A DNA stretch of 64,000 bases from Sandaracinaceae bacterium (lineage in GTDB: Bacteria; Myxococcota_A; Polyangia; Polyangiales; Sandaracinaceae), in contig JBGAQA010000007.1 of the NCBI GenBank assembly GCA_044220955.1, forward strand, positions 47,391 through 111,390, in the 5' to 3' direction. The notes under the pieces were generated by a model. It saw only the letters and a program-made list of their open reading frames with translations, searched no databases and was not told where the DNA came from. Shown here piece after piece: positions 35,398-44,979 of this stretch. How positions within the stretch are numbered: position 1 is the first letter of the stretch; every line of letters starts with the position of its first letter. The position numbers and the translations under genes were made by a program.

Positions 35398-38300
35398 ATG
35401 CCCATCGCAGGTGACTACATCGGCGGTGCGTTCGTGCTCGCCGAAGGCGAGAGCCTCGTCTCCCGGAATCCGTCCAAGGGTTCGTCCGTCGTCGTGGAGA
35501 CCACGTGGAGCGACGTGCAGGTCGGGCGGGCGGTCGTGGCGGCGAGCGAGGCACAGCGCAGCTGGTCGCGGCTCTCGCTCGACGATCGCTGGGCGGCGCT
35601 GGTTCGTTTCCGCTCCGCGATCGAGCAGCGCAAGGAGAGGCTCGCGGACGCGATCGTGCAGGAAATCGGCAAGATCCGGAGCGAAGCGCGGACGGAGATC
35701 CAGACGCTGCTCGGCCGCTTCGACGTCACGGCGGGCGTCGTTCGCGGCGAGCTGCGCGATGGCCCGCTGCCGGGGTTCCCCAACGAGGCGCTGCGGTGGC
35801 ACCCGCACGGCGTCGTCGGCGTGATCGGGCCGTTCAATTTCCCGCTCCATCTCTGCCACGCGCACGTCGTGCCGGCGCTGCTGCTCGGGAACACCGTCGT
35901 GGTGAAGCCCAGCGAGCTCGCGCCGCTCTGCGGCGTTCGGTATGCGGAGGCTGCCCACGCGGCGGGGCTGCCGCCGGGCGTGCTCAACGTGGTGCAGGGC
36001 CGGGGCGCGACCGGGGCGGCGATGGTCGCCCATCCCCGGGTGCATGGGCTGGCGTTCACGGGAAGCTGGCCGGTGGGGCGGCGCATCGCCGAGGCGGCGC
36101 TCGATCGGCCGGAGATGCTGGTGGCGCTCGAGATGGGCGGGAAGAACACGGCGATCGTGTGTCAGGACGCCGACGTGCGGCAAGCTGCGCACGAGATCGT
36201 CGTCGGGGGCTACCTCACCACCGGGCAGCGCTGCACGTGCACCGACCGCGTGCTCGTGCACCGGGCCAAGAAGCGGGCGCTGGTCGATGCGCTCCGCCCT
36301 CTCGTCGCGGGGCTGGTGTTCGGCGATCCGGACGACCCGCTCGCTTTCGCGGGCCCCCTCGCGAGCGAGCCAGGGCGCGAGAAGCTCGAGGTCGCGATGG
36401 CCGCTGTCGAGCGCGCCGGCGCCGAGTGCGTCGTCGAGGGCAAGCGGCTGCAAGGCGGTGTCTTCAGGACCGCGTCGTTCCACGTCCTGCCGGACGGGCT
36501 CCATCACGTGCCGGGATACACCGACGTGGAGCTCTTCGGCCCCGATCTCGGCATCGAGACCTTCGACGACGACGACGAGGCCGTCTCGCTGATCGACGCG
36601 TCCCCCTACGGGTTCGCGAACAGCGTCTTCACGGGCGACGACGCGCGCTTCGATCGCTACTACAGGGACACACGGGTCGGGATCCTCAACCGCAACCGCT
36701 CGACGAACCAGGCAAGTCCGCGCCTCCCGTTCGGGGGGACCGGCCGGAGCGGGAACTTCCGCCCGGCGGGGAGCTTCGCCGCGCGCAACCTCGCGATCCC
36801 CGTGGCCGTGCAGTCGAACGTGGCGGGCGCGTTTCCGGTGCTGTCGGCGCTGCGCGCTACGCTGATCACGCCGGACCTCGACGAGCTCGAGGCGCATCAC
36901 GAGCGCGAAGAACGGGCCGACGCCGCGCGCACTCTCGTCGATCGACCGCGACCGGTGGCGTTGCACCGACCGGTCGGTGGGTCCCTGCCGCGCTCGTCCG
37001 CGCTTCTCGAGCGCTTCCACGCGAGTGATCGGACACCGCGCGAGCAGCAGCCGTCGGTGTTCGATCATCTGCGCAGCCATGGGCCCTGGCACGTGTCCGT
37101 GGATGACGAGCCGCTCTCGGTGCTCGATGCGTCGAGCCAGATGGCGATGCTGCCACTCGGGTTCATGCACGAGTCGATGGTGCGCGCGTACGTCGATGGC
37201 GCCTTCGGCACCGCGGCCCTGCGCTCGTCCGATCTGCTCGACGGGCACGGCGAAGGCGCTCGCTTCGCCGCTGCATACGCGGACACGCTGCGTGCGCTCG
37301 TTCCCGGGTACCCGACGGTCGCGTTCACCGCCTCGGGAGCGGAGGCCAACGAGAAGGCGTTCGTCCTCGCTCGCGCCCACACCGATGCGCTCGGCTGGCG
37401 GGCGACGAAGCTGCTCGCGTTCGAGGGAGGCTTCCACGGGCGCTCGCTCCTCGCGCTCCACGCGAGTCACGCGGCCGCCCTGCGGGAGGCCTCCGAGCTC
37501 CCTGGATACGAGGTGGACTTCGCGCCTTTCCCGTGTTGCGACGACTCCCACGGCTTGGAGCCGCCGGAGCCGGAGGGGTTCCGGGAGCTCTGCGGGCGCG
37601 GGGAGGTCGACGCGCTCGTCGCTCGCTTCGGCACGGTCGAAGATCCCCTGCTCGCTGCCGAGGTAGCCTCACTCGCGCACGTCGCCCGGCTCGTCGCGGC
37701 GCGCACGCACTTCGCCGTGGTCGTGGAGCCGATGCAGTCGGAGGGCGGCGAGCGCTACGCCACGGCACGGTTTCACCGCGGCCTCCGGCTCGTGACACGT
37801 GCGCTCGGTGTGCCCTTGATCGTCGACGAGGTGCAGTGCGGCTTCGGAATCGGTGGGCCCTTCGTGTGGCACGCGTCGTTCGGCTACGTGGATCGGGTGG
37901 GCGCTCCCGATCGGCCCGACGCGATCACGTTCGCCCAGCGTGCCGAGGTGGGCGTCGTGATGAGCACGCTCGCCGACGTCGAGCCGACACAGACCTTCGC
38001 CGCCTCGCTCGTGCGCGGCCGTCTGCACGCGCTCCGGATCGCCGAGACCGACGAGGCCCACCGCGTCGAGTCGCTCGTGCGACCGAAGCTGGCCGCGCTC
38101 GCCCGCAGCTGGGGCCACCGAATCGCGCGGCCCCGCGCGTGTGGGTTCACGCTGGCGTTCGATCTCGCTTCGCCAGCAGAGCGCGATGCGTACGTCGGAC
38201 AGCGCCTTTGGCGTGGTGCGATGGTGGTGGCCGCGGGCGAGCGTACCGTCCGGTATCGCCTCGGGTCGGCCTTCGGCGAGCGCGAGATCGACCAGCTCTT

Positions 38301-40038
38301 CACGGCAATCCGCCAGTCGCTCGCGTGGCTGGAGGCACACCCGGGGAAGGAGCCCCCCGCGTGGGAAGACCTCGACACGCCCCGCCCGACCGAGGGTGAC
38401 GCCGGGATCCGGGTGCGAGAGATCGGCGCCGACGAGGTGCTCGTGGTCTTGCCCCAGATCCTCGCGCTGGAGGGTCGAGCCCACGACCCTGCGCACCGTG
38501 CGTCGGAGCGACGCCTGCGCGCGGGTGTCGAGGATCCGGACGGCGTCGTGATCGTCGCGGAGCGCGTCGCCGAAGGTCGCGCCGAGATCGTGGGCCACGC
38601 GATCGGCGTGCCGCTCGAGCGCGCGTCGGAGGACGTCGGGCCCGACGAGGATCCGGCGCACGGGAAGCTCGACACGCTCTACTCGGTGGCGCTCACCGTC
38701 GATGCGCCGCTCCGCGGATCGGGCATCGGCCGCCGCCTGAAGACCGCACAGCTTCGGGCCGCCGGCGACAGGCGCTCTGCCGACGGTTCGCCACGCTATC
38801 GCTTCCTCGCGGGCCGAGAGGAGCTCGGGCTGGTCGGCGCGACGGCGCGCCTGAACGACGCGCTCGGCGCGCACACCCTGTTCTGCGTCGCAGGCTCTTC
38901 CGACGCCGATCCGCCCCAGCGCTACTACCGCCTTCCGCTGCGGCCGATCGCGTCCCACGATGCGCCGGCTGCGGTCGCTTCGCCGGGCACGTCGTCGGGT
39001 CTGGTCACGCCACTGGCGCAAGCACCCGCGTCGCTCGTGCGGGCCGAGCGCGACGGGCAGCTCACCGGTCCGGCGGTGCAGAAGATCGCGCTCTGCGACC
39101 ACGTCACCCCTGCGATCGTGCGCGCGACCGAGTGGGTGACGGCGATCGCGCCCGACCATCCGCATCTCTTCTTCGCCTCCGGACGCGACGAGACGATGGA
39201 CAAGACCCTCGGACTGCTCCGTTTCCACCGCAGGCAGGGGCGCGTCGTCCTCGGACTCGCCGGCGGATACGTGGGCCACACGACGGCGTGTGCGCGCTCG
39301 ATCAGCGATCCGGAGGTGCACGCCGGAGGGCCGGCGCACTTCGAGTTCCCGCGGATTCCCCACCCGGCGGAGGTGGGTGAGGTCGCGTCGATCGAGGGGC
39401 TCCGCGAGAGCATCGCTGCGGTGGGCGCGAAGGCCGTTCTCGGCGTCGTCGTCGAGATGGTGCAAGAGCGGACCGGGCGCGTTCTCTCGGACGCCTTCGT
39501 CGACGCGCTCGACGGGCTGCGGCGCGAGACCGACGTTCCGATCGTCATCGTCGAGACGGCCAGCGCTTGCTACCGAAGCGGGCGCGGGCCCTTCGCGAGC
39601 AGCGCGCTCCGCGCGCGATTCGTCCCCGACGCCCTCGTCTGGTGGACGGGCGGGCAGCTCGGGCTGGTTCACGTCACGAGCAGGCTCTGGGTCGCCGCCC
39701 CGCACGTGTTCTCGTCGCGCTGGGACGGCGACGAGCTCTCGCTCGTGCAGGCCCACCACCAGCTCCGGGCAGCGCGGCGCGTCGACGTCCGGGTCGCGAG
39801 CGATGCGCTCGATCGGGCACTCGCGCCGCTCGCGCGGCTCCGCGTGGACGGCCTCGGCCTGTACCGGGTCGTTCACGCCGGCGCGCAGGCCGCCGCCCTC
39901 GTCGCGACGCTGGCGACCCACGCCGTGCGCACGCACGCGCTCCCGAACGGGGGAGTGCCGATCGCGCCGCCGCTCGATCGTGCGCTCGCCGACGCGTCCG
40001 CGCTCGCCCTCGGAATCGCCGCCTATCCCAGGCGTTGA
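35398..40038 (+). CDS. Four-domain fusion: AstD-like aldehyde dehydrogenase + class-III aminotransferase-like + GNAT + degenerate class-III aminotransferase
   Basis: GPFNFP, LEMGGKN, GQRCT, ELFGP, PFGGTGRSGNFRP; SGAEANE, FHGRS, EPMQSEGG, DEVQCG; LRGSGIG; GGYVGHT, VEMVQE. Confidence 0.85.
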   Translation: MPIAGDYIGGAFVLAEGESLVSRNPSKGSSVVVETTWSDVQVGRAVVAASEAQRSWSRLSLDDRWAALVRFRSAIEQRKERLADAIVQEIGKIRSEARTEIQTLLGRFDVTAGVVRGELRDGPLPGFPNEALRWHPHGVVGVIGPFNFPLHLCHAHVVPALLLGNTVVVKPSELAPLCGVRYAEAAHAAGLPPGVLNVVQGRGATGAAMVAHPRVHGLAFTGSWPVGRRIAEAALDRPEMLVALEMGGKNTAIVCQDADVRQAAHEIVVGGYLTTGQRCTCTDRVLVHRAKKRALVDALRPLVAGLVFGDPDDPLAFAGPLASEPGREKLEVAMAAVERAGAECVVEGKRLQGGVFRTASFHVLPDGLHHVPGYTDVELFGPDLGIETFDDDDEAVSLIDASPYGFANSVFTGDDARFDRYYRDTRVGILNRNRSTNQASPRLPFGGTGRSGNFRPAGSFAARNLAIPVAVQSNVAGAFPVLSALRATLITPDLDELEAHHEREERADAARTLVDRPRPVALHRPVGGSLPRSSALLERFHASDRTPREQQPSVFDHLRSHGPWHVSVDDEPLSVLDASSQMAMLPLGFMHESMVRAYVDGAFGTAALRSSDLLDGHGEGARFAAAYADTLRALVPGYPTVAFTASGAEANEKAFVLARAHTDALGWRATKLLAFEGGFHGRSLLALHASHAAALREASELPGYEVDFAPFPCCDDSHGLEPPEPEGFRELCGRGEVDALVARFGTVEDPLLAAEVASLAHVARLVAARTHFAVVVEPMQSEGGERYATARFHRGLRLVTRALGVPLIVDEVQCGFGIGGPFVWHASFGYVDRVGAPDRPDAITFAQRAEVGVVMSTLADVEPTQTFAASLVRGRLHALRIAETDEAHRVESLVRPKLAALARSWGHRIARPRACGFTLAFDLASPAERDAYVGQRLWRGAMVVAAGERTVRYRLGSAFGEREIDQLFTAIRQSLAWLEAHPGKEPPAWEDLDTPRPTEGDAGIRVREIGADEVLVVLPQILALEGRAHDPAHRASERRLRAGVEDPDGVVIVAERVAEGRAEIVGHAIGVPLERASEDVGPDEDPAHGKLDTLYSVALTVDAPLRGSGIGRRLKTAQLRAAGDRRSADGSPRYRFLAGREELGLVGATARLNDALGAHTLFCVAGSSDADPPQRYYRLPLRPIASHDAPAAVASPGTSSGLVTPLAQAPASLVRAERDGQLTGPAVQKIALCDHVTPAIVRATEWVTAIAPDHPHLFFASGRDETMDKTLGLLRFHRRQGRVVLGLAGGYVGHTTACARSISDPEVHAGGPAHFEFPRIPHPAEVGEVASIEGLRESIAAVGAKAVLGVVVEMVQERTGRVLSDAFVDALDGLRRETDVPIVIVETASACYRSGRGPFASSALRARFVPDALVWWTGGQLGLVHVTSRLWVAAPHVFSSRWDGDELSLVQAHHQLRAARRVDVRVASDALDRALAPLARLRVDGLGLYRVVHAGAQAAALVATLATHAVRTHALPNGGVPIAPPLDRALADASALALGIAAYPRR

Positions 40039-40074
40039 TCCGGGCGCCCTGCTCGATTCATCCTTCCACGCCCC

Positions 40075-40635
40075 GTGTCCGAATTGCCCGAAGTCCCGCC
40101 CGAGGTTCCGTCCGAGACCGCGGCTGCTCCCGCGTCGCGCCTCACCTCGCTCGCGCTCGAGACGGCGCGCGTTCTCGTGGTCGGCGCGTGCCTCGGGCTC
40201 GGGTACGGGATCGTCGGGGGTGTCCCCTCCGTGATCGAGTTCCGCACCGCGGCTTCGTGCGCCCCGCCGGTCGAGGCCCACCCGGAGATCGGGTGGATCG
40301 AGCAGGACGATGCGCGCGCGCTGGTGGACGACGTGGACGTGGTCTTCGTCGATGCGCGCTCGCTCGCCGACTACGAGCGGGGTCACATCCCGAACGCGAT
40401 CGCGATGCCCATGGACACGGGCGCCATCGAGGAGTCGACGGCCGCCCTCGTCCGCGGGGCGCACACCGTCGTCGCCTACTGCGACACGTCTGCCGAGTGC
40501 GCGAGCAGCCGCCGCCTGGCGAGCCTGCTCAGCGAGGATGGTGCAGGCGACGTGCGCGTGCTCCGCGGCGGCATCCCCGAGTGGCTGTCGAACGACTTCC
40601 CGGCGGAGTCGGGACCTTGCCGGGTGTGCCCGTGA
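40075..40635 (+). CDS. Membrane-anchored rhodanese-like protein
   Basis: N-terminal TM; FVDARS..Y..GHIPNA, VAYC, LRGGIPEW. Confidence 0.88.
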   Translation: MSELPEVPPEVPSETAAAPASRLTSLALETARVLVVGACLGLGYGIVGGVPSVIEFRTAASCAPPVEAHPEIGWIEQDDARALVDDVDVVFVDARSLADYERGHIPNAIAMPMDTGAIEESTAALVRGAHTVVAYCDTSAECASSRRLASLLSEDGAGDVRVLRGGIPEWLSNDFPAESGPCRVCP

Positions 40636-41105
40636 GCGAGCTCTCCACGCGCCTCGCCTCACCGGGCGGGCGGGCGCTCATCGTCGTCCTCCGACTCGTC
40701 GTGGCGGCGGTCTTCCTCGGCGCGGCCCTCCCGAAGATCGCCGACCCGAGCACGTTCGCGACCGACATCGACAACTACCGCATGGTGCCCGACGCGCTGA
40801 TCGGGCCCCTCGCCGTCGGCCTGCCCCTGCTCGAGGCGCTGGTCGCGGTCGCGCTCGTCACTGGCGTGCACGCACGGGGTGCGGCCATCGTGGCGAGCGG
40901 GATGCTGCTCGCGTTCGCGGTCGGGATGGTGCAGGCGATCGTGCGCGGAATCGACCTCGACTGCGGCTGCTTCGGGCACGTCGTCGAGACGCGCGTGAGC
41001 TGGCTGACGGTGACTCGCAACGTCGTGCTCACGATCGCATGCGGACCCGTCGTGCTCGGGCCCGATCTGCCGCTCTGGCCGCTGCGCCGCGCCGCGTCGC
41101 GCTGA
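40632..41105 (+). CDS. MauE/DoxX-family membrane protein
   Basis: Four TMs, KIADP..F, LPLLE, GIDLDCGCFG, TRN; GTGA overlap with the rhodanese stop. Confidence 0.88.
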   Translation: MSELSTRLASPGGRALIVVLRLVVAAVFLGAALPKIADPSTFATDIDNYRMVPDALIGPLAVGLPLLEALVAVALVTGVHARGAAIVASGMLLAFAVGMVQAIVRGIDLDCGCFGHVVETRVSWLTVTRNVVLTIACGPVVLGPDLPLWPLRRAASR

Positions 41106-41111
41106 GGCGGC

Positions 41112-41942
41112 TCAGCCCTTCGTCACCTCGTTCATCCGGTTCTTCGCGCCGCCACGGGTCATCGCGAGCCGGAGCACTCCGGGAAGATGCTGGCCGACGA
41201 ACGCGCCGACCCGACCGTGCCCCGTGAACACGAACTCGTGCTTGCGGGCCCAGATGGCGTCTGCCATCACGCGCGCTGCACGATCGGCGGGCCACATGAG
41301 GTTCTTCGGGCGCTTGTCCGCGCGCGACGGGTCGTGCACTCCGAGGTTGTCCACCTGCGCGATCTCGCTCTCGACGAAGCCCGGATGGATGAGCGTGACG
41401 CTGACCCCGCTGCCGGCGAGCTCGAGGTCGAGCGTCTGGCCGATCGAGCGCAGGGCGGCCTTGCTCGCGCTGTAGGCACCCACCCGCGGGGCGGGCACGA
41501 ACGCCGACACGCTTGCCACGAAGACCACGCGTCCCCTGGTCTTCTCGAGGGCCGGCAACGCGCACGAGGCCGTGAGCGCCGCGCCGATCACGTTCGTGTC
41601 GAGCTGGCGTCGCCAGTCGTCCTTGGTGAGCGCTCGAATGGGCGCGGCCACGGAGAAACCGGCGTTGGCCACGACCACGTCGAGGCGCCCGAGCTCGCGC
41701 CCGATCGCACGGACGGCGTCCGCGAGCGAGGTCTCATCCGTCACGTCGCAAGGGACGGCGAGAGCCCGTCCGGCAATCGCCTCGATCGCGTGGACGACGT
41801 CGTCCAGGTTCGCGCGTCGGCGGCCCGAGACCGCGATCGTCGCGCCCTGACGCGCCAGCTCGATAGCCAGAGCTCTGCCGATGCCGCTTCCCGCGCCGGT
41901 GATCCACACCACGAGACCGTCGAATCGTTTTTTCGCCGCCAT
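41112..41942 (-). CDS. Short-chain dehydrogenase/reductase
   Basis: TGAGSGIG, ANAG, YSASK, PGFVES. Confidence 0.93.
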   Translation of the reverse strand: MAAKKRFDGLVVWITGAGSGIGRALAIELARQGATIAVSGRRRANLDDVVHAIEAIAGRALAVPCDVTDETSLADAVRAIGRELGRLDVVVANAGFSVAAPIRALTKDDWRRQLDTNVIGAALTASCALPALEKTRGRVVFVASVSAFVPAPRVGAYSASKAALRSIGQTLDLELAGSGVSVTLIHPGFVESEIAQVDNLGVHDPSRADKRPKNLMWPADRAARVMADAIWARKHEFVFTGHGRVGAFVGQHLPGVLRLAMTRGGAKNRMNEVTKG

Positions 41943-42016
41943 CGCGGCTCTCTATCATGCTTCGGCTCGTCACTTCTCTTCTCACGCCACCTCGCATTGG
42001 CTAGGGTCTCGGCCTC

Positions 42017-43327
42017 GTGCGGACTTTCGTCGCGGTTCTGCTCTCGTACGCCTGCCTCACGTCTTGCGGCGGCGGGCCGCGCCTGGCCGTGTCGAGCGCG
42101 ATCGAGCGCCGGGACCTCGACGGGGCGCTGAGCGCGTACGAGCGCGTTCGCGCGAGCGACGGGGACGACGTGGGCCTGCTCGCGCGGCTCTCCGAGCTCC
42201 TGCTCGAGACCGAGGCGTCCAGCGACGGCGCCGAGCGACGGGACTCCGCGCTGCACCAGCTCGCGCTCGCCGGCACGGCGGGGCGTGGCGCTCTCGAGCG
42301 CATCGCCGGCGGCGGCTCTGCGTACGCGCTGGCCATCCTCGCCGAGGGCGGCAGTGCATCGGCCCGCGCGGCTCTGCGTGATCGGATCGACTCCGAAGAT
42401 CCCGAGATCCGCGCCGCGGCGGTGCTCGGCCTGGCGATCGACTCCGACCGCGGGCGCTTGCTCGCGCTCGCCGCCGAGTCGTCGTCCCGCGTGCGCGCGG
42501 CGGCTGTCGGGCGACTCGGAGAGCTCGCTCCCGAGAGCGCCGCGCGCGCCGTGCTCGAGGAGCGCGCGCGGATCGACCCCGATCCGGTGGTGCGCGGCGC
42601 CGCGGTCCGGGCTCTCGGCGCGTTCGGCGCACCCGCGATCACCCTGCTGCGAGAGCGCCTCTCGGACCCGATCGCGAGCGTGCGGCTGGCCGCGGTGGCG
42701 GCGTTGCTCCGCGCCGATCGCGACTCGGGCCGGGCTTCGCTCGCGGCGCTGCTCGCCAGCCCGCCCAGCGTCCAGGGCATCGAGGCCGCACGCCTGCTCG
42801 GTACGCCGCTCGCGCGTGGCGCGGCCCCGACCGATCAGGACGCGAGCGACGCCCGCGCGTTCCTCGCGGCGTCGCTCTCGGCGACCGATGCCTCGCTCCG
42901 CAGCCAGGCTGCGCTGGCGCTCTCGACCATGCCCACGTCGCCCGACTCGCGGGGCGCGCTCGCCCGCGCGCTGGCGCGAGAACAGGAGTCCGGCGTACGG
43001 CTCGCCATGGCGAGGGCGATCCTCTCCCTCGCGGACGGGGACGGGGACGCGCTGGCCGCGATCCGAAGCCTCGCGGGCGGGGAGATCTCGATGACCTCGC
43101 TCCAGGCCGCGATCGAGCTCGCGACACGCCGCGAGAGCGCCGGGGTCGACCGCGTCGAGGAGGTGATGCACGGAGCGGACATCCCGCTGCGCAGGATCGC
43201 CGCGCGCGCGCTCGCCCGTGATGCGATGATGCCCGAGCGCGCAGCGCCGGCTCTGCAGGATCCCGACGCGCTCGTGCGCATCCAGGCGGCCGGGGGGATC
43301 CTCGCGGCCGCCGCCGCGGTGCAGTAG
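42017..43327 (+). CDS. HEAT-repeat lipoprotein
   Basis: LTSC lipobox; repeated D...VR.AA..AL units. Confidence 0.8.
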   Translation: MRTFVAVLLSYACLTSCGGGPRLAVSSAIERRDLDGALSAYERVRASDGDDVGLLARLSELLLETEASSDGAERRDSALHQLALAGTAGRGALERIAGGGSAYALAILAEGGSASARAALRDRIDSEDPEIRAAAVLGLAIDSDRGRLLALAAESSSRVRAAAVGRLGELAPESAARAVLEERARIDPDPVVRGAAVRALGAFGAPAITLLRERLSDPIASVRLAAVAALLRADRDSGRASLAALLASPPSVQGIEAARLLGTPLARGAAPTDQDASDARAFLAASLSATDASLRSQAALALSTMPTSPDSRGALARALAREQESGVRLAMARAILSLADGDGDALAAIRSLAGGEISMTSLQAAIELATRRESAGVDRVEEVMHGADIPLRRIAARALARDAMMPERAAPALQDPDALVRIQAAGGILAAAAAVQ

Positions 43328-43382
43328 GCCGCGTTCGACGGAGGGCCACTCGGCGCGAGCTGGGGGACGACGCGGTCGGCGC

Positions 43383-43676
43383 TCAGCCCACCAGATCGGG
43401 GGGCGGGAGAGGTCCGGGGACCGGCATCCGCGCTGCGCAGCACTCGGTGTCGCGATGGATCGTGTCGCACGAGAGGGGCTGCGAGAGCGTGCGGGTCTGT
43501 CCGCTGCACGTGCAGTGAGCGCAGGCGACCGACTCGGGGATGACGGGACAACAGGCGCTCGTGGTCGCGGCGGCGCCGATCGCGGAGGCGAGCGTCAAGG
43601 CGCGCGCGAACCGGGCGTAGTGCGGGATCTCTCGAACGGGCGTGGGTGCGTCCATGGGCGTTCGATGCTGCGCCAT
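43383..43676 (-). CDS. Small 8-Cys exported peptide with C-terminal GPLPPPDL motif
   Basis: ATG at 43676 (or 43655); hydrophobic leader ending TSAC; CC..C..CxC..C..CC. Confidence 0.55.
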   Translation of the reverse strand: MAQHRTPMDAPTPVREIPHYARFARALTLASAIGAAATTSACCPVIPESVACAHCTCSGQTRTLSQPLSCDTIHRDTECCAARMPVPGPLPPPDLVG

Positions 43677-43872
43677 GTGCGTGGCCTGGGGAAGCCGCTG
43701 GCTCGATCGCGCGCCCGGGACCATCCTCACGCCCCGTGACGTCGCCCCCGGCCATCTCCAGCGTCGACCTCGCCGATCTCGAGGGCGCGCCCCGGCGCGC
43801 GCACGCGCCCGCGACGATCTGCGCGCGGCGCGACGGGTCGCGCGCGCGGTTCCGGGGGGCCGGTTGAGCACC

Positions 43873-44979
43873 ATGGAGCACGTCCCGCCGCCGGGAGGCC
43901 TCGGCGCGGTCGCCCGAGGCAGGCCGCACCTGTTCGGGATGCGGCCGGAGGATCTCGTCCTCGCCCTCGAGCGAGAAGGCGTCGCGTGCACGATCACCGA
44001 AGCCCGCCGCGTGGCGGCTCACGTCATCTCGTGGGGTCGCGACGACCTCGCCCTCGGCAAGCCACCGCGGCGCGAGGTGCTCCGCGCCATCGACGAGAAG
44101 CTCGATCGGACGCCGCTCGCGATCGTCGAGCGCGCGAGAGACGACGCCGACGGGTTCGTGAAGTACCTGTTCCGGCACCCCGACGGCGCGCTCACCGAGG
44201 CCGTGCGAATCCCGCTCGAGAAGCCGCATCGCTTCACGCTCTGCCTCAGTTCGCAGGTGGGGTGCGCGATGCGATGTTCGTTCTGCGCGACGGGCGAGCT
44301 CGGACTGACGCGCTCGCTCGCCGCGTGGGAGATGGTCGCAGCCTTCCGCGCGGTGCGGGACGAAGCCGTTCGCGAGGACCCTCGTCGGCGCGTCTCCGGC
44401 GCCGTCTTCATGGGGCAGGGCGAGCCCTTCCACAACTACGACGAGGTGATCCAGGCGGCTCGCGTGCTCTCCGATCCTTGTGGCGGGCGCATCGCGAAGG
44501 AGGCGATCACGATCTCCACCGTCGGTCTCGTCCCTCAGATCGAGCGCTACGCGCGCGAGGCACAGCCGTACCGGCTCATCGTCTCCCTGACGAGCGCCAT
44601 CGAGGAGAAGCGCCGCACGCTGCTGCCGGTCGCCGGTCGCTTCTCGCTCGACGACCTCGTTCGCGCGCTCGCGCACGCCGGCGCGGCCTCGGGCGGGCGA
44701 CGCGTCACGCTCGCCTGGGTGCTGATGCGCGGCGTGAACCACGGGGACGACGAGGTCGCGGCGCTGCGCGAGCGCTTCGCCGGCGTCCCGTTCCGCCTGA
44801 ACCTGATCGACGTCAACCGCGACGACGGTCGCTACGAGCGGGCGAGCGACGAGGAGCGCACGAACATGGTGTCGATGCTCCACGCCGCGGGCATCCCGAC
44901 CATCCGCCGCTACTCGGGCGGCAAGAACAAGCACGCCGCGTGCGGCATGCTCGCGCGCGTTCACGCGGAGGTCCCATGA
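43873..44979 (+). CDS. RlmN/Cfr-family radical SAM RNA methyltransferase
   Basis: CLSSQVGCAMRCSFCATG, MGQGEP, ISTVG, AACGML. Confidence 0.88.
   Translation: MEHVPPPGGLGAVARGRPHLFGMRPEDLVLALEREGVACTITEARRVAAHVISWGRDDLALGKPPRREVLRAIDEKLDRTPLAIVERARDDADGFVKYLFRHPDGALTEAVRIPLEKPHRFTLCLSSQVGCAMRCSFCATGELGLTRSLAAWEMVAAFRAVRDEAVREDPRRRVSGAVFMGQGEPFHNYDEVIQAARVLSDPCGGRIAKEAITISTVGLVPQIERYAREAQPYRLIVSLTSAIEEKRRTLLPVAGRFSLDDLVRALAHAGAASGGRRVTLAWVLMRGVNHGDDEVAALRERFAGVPFRLNLIDVNRDDGRYERASDEERTNMVSMLHAAGIPTIRRYSGGKNKHAACGMLARVHAEVP

Noticed and set aside
43873..44979. Cfr antibiotic-resistance gene call
   Set aside because: Cannot be distinguished from RlmN paralogs by eye; chromosomal operon context with no mobile element
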